A stretch of DNA of 32,000 nt from Telmatocola sphagniphila (GTDB taxonomy: Bacteria > Planctomycetota > Planctomycetia > Gemmatales > Gemmataceae). The position numbers were made by a program, and so were the translations under genes. Positions 23,884-32,000 of the stretch are shown here, piece after piece. The stretch covers positions 6,450,001-6,482,000 of the forward strand of contig NZ_CP074694.1 in assembly GCF_018398935.1 (NCBI RefSeq), read 5' to 3'. Positions within the stretch are counted from its first letter, which is position 1; each line of letters begins with the position of its first letter. The notes under the pieces were generated by a model. It was not told where the DNA came from. It made no database searches and saw only the letters and a list, made by a program, of their open reading frames with translations.

Positions 23884-23885
23884 GC

Positions 23886-24188
23886 TCAGGCCGCTTTCGA
23901 CAGAGCTTCCACGCTGGGGCATTCGCTCAACTTCACTTCGTGAAATTTCTTCCCCGTGGAATCGTAAAACAAAATCCGATTCTCGGACTCGGCAAAAATG
24001 GCCGAGTTCCGCATCGCCCGAACTCCTTTGAGATGAAACATCCAGCCACATTCCCGGCCGTGACGGGTGATTGTGGAGCGGTAGAGGGCACTTTGCCTCG
24101 GATCGAGATTGTCGCGCTGGCAGAGCACCTCGCGCACGTACTCTTCGAGTTTGCTTTCCGTTGGCAGGGCAATAACTGGCGCATCCAT
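23886..24188 (-). CDS. hypothetical protein (100 aa)
   Basis: ORF from the track, co-directional with trmL and 112 nt downstream of it. No family recognised. Confidence 0.5.
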   Translation of the reverse strand: MDAPVIALPTESKLEEYVREVLCQRDNLDPRQSALYRSTITRHGRECGWMFHLKGVRAMRNSAIFAESENRILFYDSTGKKFHEVKLSECPSVEALSKAA

Positions 24189-24300
24189 CGCGGTTGAATC
24201 TCCGATCCCTCGAACTGATGGAGGAATCGGTTATTGCGGTCGTTGGCGTGGCGAGGAAAGTGTGGGAGAAGGGGATCGAAGCGGCCGGAGAGTTCCGGTT

Positions 24301-24756
24301 CTACCAGTTATTCACTTGGCGCAGCGCTTCGTACAAAACTATACCCGCGGAGGTGGCCAGATTGATGCTGCGGACTTTACCGGTTGGCATGGGTATACCG
24401 AATGTACGGCTTCGAAACCGATCTAGAATCGTGGCCGGTAGGCCACTCGATTCGTTGCCGAAAAGCAGGCAATCGCCGTCCTCAAATCGGGCCTGGGTGT
24501 AGTACTGTTCGCCGTTGGTTTCGATGCAGAGAATTTTTTCGGGGGGGATCGCCCGTTCGAATTCCTCAAAAGAATCGTGGAAAACGAGATCCACCGATTC
24601 CCAGTAATCCAGGCCGGCCCTCCGAAGACTTTTGGCATCGGTACGAAACCCGAGTCGGCCGATCAGGTGAAGCCGGGAGCCAGTAGCGGCACAGAGCCGT
24701 GCAATATTTCCGGTATTCGGCGGGATCTCCGGCTCCCAGAGAGCCACGTGCATCAT
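24301..24756 (-). CDS. trmL: tRNA (cytidine/uridine(34)-2'-O)-methyltransferase TrmL (SpoU family)
   Basis: [37 protein letters not shown]...RRAGLDYW closely parallels E. coli TrmL ([32 protein letters not shown]...RRAGLDY). The start is set at the internal ATG 24756; the track start at 24861 adds 35 non-conserved residues. Confidence 0.92.
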   Translation of the reverse strand: [151 protein letters not shown]

Positions 24757-24909
24757 TCCTAGCGGTCCTGCTGCGAGTAACGAAAACCATTGTTGTAGCG
24801 ATTCGGCGTCGGTTGCCTCGGTTCTTAGAGGGGGATAAATTCCCGAACTGGCCGCGTGCACTTCTCTCAGGGGAAAGAATAGTCTGGATCATCGTCGGAG
24901 CATGGCCAC

Positions 24910-27243
24910 ATGAAGGATGCACACCCCGAAGTGCCTCGAAAGTCTATCGATCTTACCGCCGCGTTGTTCCTGGCCTATGGCCTGGTTCTTACGGGCCTAT
25001 TGTTCGTGCAGAATACCACACGGTCGAACTCTCTGCCGGCCTTTCTGCCCAACCCGGCCGGCCAGTTTCTGGACTGGCCGAATCAATACCTGTTCAACTC
25101 GCTCGGCTTCGCTGCTTATGGCCTGGCCGGAATCTGGATTCTGGTGGGCCTGATTGGCTTCTGGCGAACGAGTATGATTCGCTGGGTCTCTCGAGCCCTC
25201 GGCTGGTTCTCCCTGGTTTTTATCAGTACGGTCATTCTGCATCGGATCGACACCTTTTCGACGCAGCCCAGTTCCAAGGGGGCCGGCGGAAGCGTCGGCA
25301 GTTATCTGGTCACGATGCTTGCCGAGCAATTTGGTCAGATCGGTTTCTGGGTGGTTACCTCCGGGGCAATCTTCGGAGCGTTGAGTCTTGGCTGGCCGGA
25401 GCTTTTGCGCTGGCTGGGACGTCGTCTTCAGGATTCGCTCGATGCTCTGGCCTGGAGTCTCGTGCAGTTCAGCCGGGCTATATCGCCGCGCATGCGATCC
25501 AAGTTGATTGCTTTGAACCCCTCAACACCCGTAGTGGCCGGGGCTAAAAAGAAGGCTGGCAGTGCCGAGGAAATCCAGATTCTTCCCTTGCGACCGCGCG
25601 CGACGGTGCCGATCAATCCGAAGAACAAGGAACCGAAGAAGGCCTCGGTACCGGTCAAATCCGCCACGCAGGATATCGTGCCGTTTTCGCCGCCGATGCC
25701 CAAGAATCAGCCCCCGGTGGTCGAATATTCTCTGCCGCCTCTGAGCCTTCTGGAAGATGCGGTGACGCCGACGCAGGTCGACAAACCGGAACAGCTGCAA
25801 TCGACGGCCCAGCTTTTGGAGCAAACCTTCGCCGAGTTTGGTGTGAAGGTCAGCGTGATCGGCATTCACACGGGCCCCGTCATCACTCAGTTCGAAATTG
25901 CTCTTGATACCGGGCTCCGACTCTCCAAGGTGACTGCGCTGGCGGATGACCTGGCTTTGAAGCTGGAAGTTCGCTCGATCCGTATCGTGCCGATGCAGGG
26001 CAAGAATACCGTCGGCGTGGAAGTGCCGAATAAGCACCGGGCGATCGTCCGCATCAAGGAATTGGTAACCTCGGCCGAGGAAAAGATCGCTAAGTGTAAG
26101 CTTCCATTATTTCTGGGTCGGGATAACGAAGGCGGGCCGCTCATTTATGACCTGGCCGAGATGCCGCACTTGCTGGTTGCTGGGCGAACGGGTACCGGGA
26201 AATCGGTCTGCTTGAACTCGATTATTCTGAGCTTGTTGCTGACGCGCCGACCAGACGAATGCAAGATGATCATGATCGATCCCAAGAAGGTCGAATTGGC
26301 CGAGTATGGTCGGTTGCCGCACCTGATGCATCCGGTGGTGACCGATTCCAAGAAGTCGGAAACCATCCTGTCCTGGGCCGTCGATAAGATGGAGGAACGC
26401 TACGAACTGCTCCGACGAGCCCGCGTTCGAAATATTTCCACTTATAACGAGCTTTCTTACGAAGAAATTGTGTCGCGGGTGCAGCCGATCAGCGAAGAGG
26501 ATTACGCGAAGATCCCGACGTTTATGCCCTATATCGTCATCGTCGTCGATGAAGTTGGCGATCTGCTGATGGAGATGAAGAAGGAAGTGGAAGGGCACAT
26601 CATCCGATTGGCTCAGAAGTCGCGGGCATCGGGCATCCACCTGATTCTGACAACGCAACGGCCGACGGTGGACGTGATTACTGGCTTGATCAAATCCAAC
26701 CTTCCCGCCCGGATCTGTTTCCAGGTGGCCAGCCGCATGGATAGCCGGGTGGTTCTCGATGAGATGGGGGCGGAGAAACTGCTCGGTAAGGGGGATATGC
26801 TCTTCCTGCAGCCGAATACCAGCAGCATCGTTCGGGCGCAAGGGGCTTATGCGAGCGATCCGGAAATCAATCGGATCGTGGCTGAGTTGGAAGTGGAGAA
26901 TCCGGTCTACGATGCGGAGCTATTGAATCTGAAGAATCGCAGCGAGGAGGGCGATTCCGAAGGCGCCTCCGCTCCGGATACAGCCAATATCAAACAACGG
27001 GATAAATTATTCGATTCCGCAGTGGAAATCGTAGTACGCGAAGGGCGCGGCAGCGTTTCGCTGTTGCAGCGGGCGCTGGGTATTGGATATGGCCGGGCAG
27101 CGCGTCTTATCGATATGATGGCCGAGGCGGGCATCGTGGGCGAATACAACGGGGCCCAGGCTCGCGAAGTGCTGTTCACGGCCGAGCAGTGGGCGATGCA
27201 GAACCAATCGGATTCGGAAAGCGATCTGGCCGAAAGTGCCTGA
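24910..27243 (+). CDS. ftsK: DNA translocase FtsK
   Basis: It has N-terminal TM helices, a Pro-rich linker and a motor domain with GRTGTGKS (Walker A) and IVIVVDE. The C-terminal gamma winged helix is SVSLLQRALGIGYGRAARLIDMMAEAGIVG. Confidence 0.96.
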   Translation: MKDAHPEVPRKSIDLTAALFLAYGLVLTGLLFVQNTTRSNSLPAFLPNPAGQFLDWPNQYLFNSLGFAAYGLAGIWILVGLIGFWRTSMIRWVSRALGWFSLVFISTVILHRIDTFSTQPSSKGAGGSVGSYLVTMLAEQFGQIGFWVVTSGAIFGALSLGWPELLRWLGRRLQDSLDALAWSLVQFSRAISPRMRSKLIALNPSTPVVAGAKKKAGSAEEIQILPLRPRATVPINPKNKEPKKASVPVKSATQDIVPFSPPMPKNQPPVVEYSLPPLSLLEDAVTPTQVDKPEQLQSTAQLLEQTFAEFGVKVSVIGIHTGPVITQFEIALDTGLRLSKVTALADDLALKLEVRSIRIVPMQGKNTVGVEVPNKHRAIVRIKELVTSAEEKIAKCKLPLFLGRDNEGGPLIYDLAEMPHLLVAGRTGTGKSVCLNSIILSLLLTRRPDECKMIMIDPKKVELAEYGRLPHLMHPVVTDSKKSETILSWAVDKMEERYELLRRARVRNISTYNELSYEEIVSRVQPISEEDYAKIPTFMPYIVIVVDEVGDLLMEMKKEVEGHIIRLAQKSRASGIHLILTTQRPTVDVITGLIKSNLPARICFQVASRMDSRVVLDEMGAEKLLGKGDMLFLQPNTSSIVRAQGAYASDPEINRIVAELEVENPVYDAELLNLKNRSEEGDSEGASAPDTANIKQRDKLFDSAVEIVVREGRGSVSLLQRALGIGYGRAARLIDMMAEAGIVGEYNGAQAREVLFTAEQWAMQNQSDSESDLAESA

Positions 27244-27275
27244 AGCGATAGGACTTAGGCAGTTTTTATCCGGGC

Positions 27276-27314
27276 GGGAATTCATTTCGCTCGCTGGGAC
27301 ATGAATAAATTCCC
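27276..27314 (+). terminator. possible weak terminator hairpin after ftsK
   Basis: gggaatt(c)at ... atgaa(ta)aattccc gives a 7-bp stem plus 3 bp across a bulge, with a 15-nt loop, followed by ttct. It is not a strong intrinsic terminator. Confidence 0.3.
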
Positions 27315-27329
27315 TTCTACAATATTCGA

Positions 27330-27986
27330 ATGATTGTCACCATCGATGGACCTGCCGGATCGGGAAAGAGTACCGCCGCACGGGCTCTGGCTAAAAAGAT
27401 CGGCTACGAATTTCTGGATACCGGTGCGATGTACCGGGCCGTGGCTTACTATTGCCTTTGCAATTCAATTCCCTGGGAAGATCATTCGGCGGTGGCCGCG
27501 GCATTGCCGAAAATTCAGCTCGATATGCCGCTGGGTCGAATATTGCTGAACGGAGTCGATGTCAGTCAGGAGATCCGATCCTCCCAGATGGCGGAAGGAT
27601 CCTCTAAGGTGGCTGTGATCCATGCCGTTCGAGAGTTTCTGGTGGCTCAGCAACAGGCTATTGGGCGTGGTCGTCGAATCGTAACCGAGGGACGCGATCA
27701 GGGGACGGTTGTCTTTCCCGAGGCTGAGTTGAAAGTGTTTCTGGTGGCTTCGCCGGAGTCTCGAGCCCGACGCCGTTTCGAAGATCTTCAGAAGCGGGGG
27801 GAAACGGTCAGTTTCGAAGATGTTCTCAAAAAACAATATGAACGGGATAAACGGGATTCGGAGCGGGCGGAAGGGCGATTAGTGGCGGCCAGTGATGCAC
27901 TAACTCTCGACACAACCGACATGTCCATCGAAGAGGTAATCGAACTCCTAATCCGCGAGGTCGAAAAACGATGTCCCCGTGGTTAG
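27330..27986 (+). CDS. cmk: (d)CMP kinase
   Basis: IVTIDGPAGSGKSTAARALAKKIGYEFLDTGAMYRAVA is the canonical Cmk N-terminus. Length is 218 aa. Confidence 0.95.
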   Translation: MIVTIDGPAGSGKSTAARALAKKIGYEFLDTGAMYRAVAYYCLCNSIPWEDHSAVAAALPKIQLDMPLGRILLNGVDVSQEIRSSQMAEGSSKVAVIHAVREFLVAQQQAIGRGRRIVTEGRDQGTVVFPEAELKVFLVASPESRARRRFEDLQKRGETVSFEDVLKKQYERDKRDSERAEGRLVAASDALTLDTTDMSIEEVIELLIREVEKRCPRG

Positions 27987-28633
27987 CGCGCCGGTGGTAC
28001 GATTGCGTTTTCTGGTCGAGCTTCGTGGGGTTCGGTTTCGGTCATAGCCTCCGGGTCATCGGGCGCAAAAATATGCCCGAAAGCGGCCCGGTGCTGGTTA
28101 TTGCCAATCATCAGTCCTATCTCGATCCGGTACTCGTCGGTTTGGCTTCGCGGCGATACCTCGCGTATCTCGCCCGGGAATCGCTATTTCGCAATCGTTT
28201 TTTTAAAGGGCTGATCGAGAGTTTGGATGCCTTACCCATCGATAATAAGGGGTTGGGTAAAGAAGGACTGCAGGGAACGCTTTCCCTTCTGAATCGCGGC
28301 AAATGCGTGTTGGTTTTTCCCGAAGGCGAACGAACCCCCGATGGTGAAGTGCATCCATTCAAGCCGGGGATTTCGCTTTTGATCAAGAAAAATGCCGCCC
28401 CGATTGTTCCCGTGGGAATCGAAGGGGCTTTCGCGGCCTGGTCCCGTTTCAAAAAAACTCCCAGTTTCTCACCGCTGTTTTTACCGCCGAATCCGGCAAC
28501 AATCGCTCTGTCCGTGGGAGAGGCGATTGATCCCAACCAGTTGAGGAATCTCAGCCGGGAGGAGAGTATTGCATTCCTTCAGCAGAAGGTGCAAATCGAG
28601 TTTCAGAAGGCTCGACAATTAAAGCGGAAATAG
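27971..28633 (+). CDS. plsC: 1-acyl-sn-glycerol-3-phosphate acyltransferase
   Basis: VIANHQSYLDP (HxxxxD) and VFPEGERT motifs, 220 aa. It overlaps cmk by 16 nt; cmk-plsC is a common gene pair. Confidence 0.9.
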   Translation: MSPWLARRWYDCVFWSSFVGFGFGHSLRVIGRKNMPESGPVLVIANHQSYLDPVLVGLASRRYLAYLARESLFRNRFFKGLIESLDALPIDNKGLGKEGLQGTLSLLNRGKCVLVFPEGERTPDGEVHPFKPGISLLIKKNAAPIVPVGIEGAFAAWSRFKKTPSFSPLFLPPNPATIALSVGEAIDPNQLRNLSREESIAFLQQKVQIEFQKARQLKRK

Positions 28634-28674
28634 CCCGTTTAACCCGAAACGGAAATAACCCATTTAGCCCGAAA
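28625..28674. repeat. 25-bp tandem repeat x2, plus a third partial copy at 28697-28712
   Basis: cggaaatagcccgtttaacccgaaa (28625-28649) and cggaaataacccatttagcccgaaa (28650-28674) match at 22/25. The first unit spans the plsC stop codon. A partial copy, cggaaataacccgtta, occurs again at 28697. Confidence 0.8.
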
Positions 28675-28787
28675 CGTAAGTGAGGGCAATAAGAAGCGGA
28701 AATAACCCGTTACTAAGCATTCGTCGGCTGATTTCTGGGAATGGCGTCGAACTCCTTTAATATTGCCCTCATTCACATTTCGGGCTA
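28665..28787. repeat. 27-bp imperfect inverted repeat flanking a 69-nt spacer between convergent plsC and hisG
   Basis: tagcccgaaacgtaagtgagggcaata (28665-28691) pairs with tattgccctcattcacatttcgggcta (28761-28787). There are 10 and 11 perfect pairs around a 6-nt partly matched centre. It may be a bidirectional terminator or a MITE-like element. Confidence 0.7.
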
Positions 28788-28825
28788 ACCAGGAGTTGGA
28801 TGGATAAGTCGATATCCCGGACCGG

Positions 28826-29719
28826 TCACTCAATGATCTTGTTGATCGTGTATTCCACGATGCCGCGGGCACCCGCCTGATACATCTGCGGCATGATCTG
28901 TCGGACGATATCCTCATCGATGATCGTTTCCAACGCAACCCACTCGGGATCGGTCAACTGGGACACGGTCGGGCTGTTGAGCGAAGTCTTCGGGTGTTCT
29001 TTCAACACTTGCAGCACCCGATCCATCTCCGATTTGCGGACGTTCAACTTCAGGCCCACTTTGCCTTCCGCCGCCATCGCTCCCCGCAGCATCAGGATGA
29101 TGTCTTCCATCTTCCTTTTCTTCCAGGGATCGGCTAAGGCCGCGGCATTGGTCACGAATTGGGTCGTACTGGTCAGAAGCTCGGCCACGATGCGGAGGTT
29201 GTTCGCTCGCAGGGAGGAACCGGTCTCGGTAACCTCCACGATCGCATCAGCCAGCTTCGGGGGTTTGACTTCGGTCGCTCCCCAGGAGAATTCGACGATG
29301 GCCTCCACGCCAAAACCGGCCAACCAGCGACGCGTAAGATTCACGACTTCCGTCGCGATCCGTTTGCCTTGAAGATCTTTGGGATGTTGAATCGGCGAGT
29401 CCGTCGGAACGGCGAGCACCCAGCGCACGGGACGTCGACTGACTTTGCTGTACATCAATTCCGCGAGCGAAATGACTTTCGCGTCGTTTTCCTGGATCCA
29501 ATCGAGTCCGGTCAGACCGCAATCCAGGAGTCCATCCTGAACGTAGCGCGGCATCTCCTGAGCGCGGATTTGCGTGCAGTGAATCTCGGGATCGTCTACC
29601 GTGGGGTAATAAGAACGGCTGGTGGTCGTGATGTTGTAGCCGGCTTTACCGAACAGTTCTAAAGTGGCTTTTTCCAGACTGCCGGCCGGCAGACCCAATT
29701 TCAAAATCGAATTGCTCAT
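28826..29719 (-). CDS. hisG: ATP phosphoribosyltransferase, long form
   Basis: [30 protein letters not shown]... is the canonical HisG N-terminus. Its 297 aa is consistent with the long form carrying a C-terminal regulatory domain. The track start at 29791 adds 24 non-conserved residues. Confidence 0.9.
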   Translation of the reverse strand: MSNSILKLGLPAGSLEKATLELFGKAGYNITTTSRSYYPTVDDPEIHCTQIRAQEMPRYVQDGLLDCGLTGLDWIQENDAKVISLAELMYSKVSRRPVRWVLAVPTDSPIQHPKDLQGKRIATEVVNLTRRWLAGFGVEAIVEFSWGATEVKPPKLADAIVEVTETGSSLRANNLRIVAELLTSTTQFVTNAAALADPWKKRKMEDIILMLRGAMAAEGKVGLKLNVRKSEMDRVLQVLKEHPKTSLNSPTVSQLTDPEWVALETIIDEDIVRQIMPQMYQAGARGIVEYTINKIIE

Positions 29720-29762
29720 ACAAAAATTGCAGGCGTAAATCGCAGCTGGGAAGATCAATGAA

Positions 29763-29799
29763 CCGCTGGTTCGCCGTTCTTGTAAACGCAAACCAGCGG
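29763..29799 (-). terminator. stem-loop immediately downstream of rpoC
   Basis: ccgctggtt (29763-29771) pairs perfectly with aaccagcgg (29791-29799), with further inner pairing (cgtt/aacg). It lies 17 nt after the rpoC stop. The trailing U-tract is poor. Confidence 0.4.
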
Positions 29800-29815
29800 C
29801 TCATGCGAAAAATTA

Positions 29816-32000
<2,185 letters not shown>

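Overview
This is a 32-kb chromosomal segment. It looks planctomycete-like, which is an inference from protein style: a giant TPR protein, a signal-peptide PQQ beta-propeller, a secreted protein with an N-terminal LRIEELNERIVLS motif plus DUF4214, and CGCAGAG-type intergenic repeats. Most of the window is housekeeping: an SDR oxidoreductase, queE, a TerC-family membrane protein, ychF, a MoxR ATPase, trmL, ftsK, cmk, plsC, hisG and the 3' two-thirds of rpoC (which runs off the right edge). I saw no rRNA, tRNA, CRISPR array, integrase, transposase or recognisable defence gene. Three stretches look accessory or unexplained. (1) At 1-2.8 kb there is a minus-strand cluster in which a TIGR04255-like ORF is tightly coupled to two unknown small ORFs, next to an AT-richer stretch holding two further orphan ORFs; one of these is truncated by the window edge and is missing from the ORF track. 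(2) The 585-bp gap between the convergent SDR and queE genes (3749-4333) is packed with a 78-bp tandem repeat, inverted copies of it and a central perfect hairpin. (3) An AT-rich island at about 13.66-16.36 kb sits between terC and the DUF4214 gene. It holds three short genes: one unknown, one MafI-like immunity protein, and one frame-disrupted Zn-ribbon/TM2 gene. Each is followed by a copy of the same ~200-bp repeat, and that repeat carries a decaying small reading frame. Stretch (3) is my best candidate for something undescribed, but its function is inference only. All family calls come from motif recognition by eye, with no database searches.
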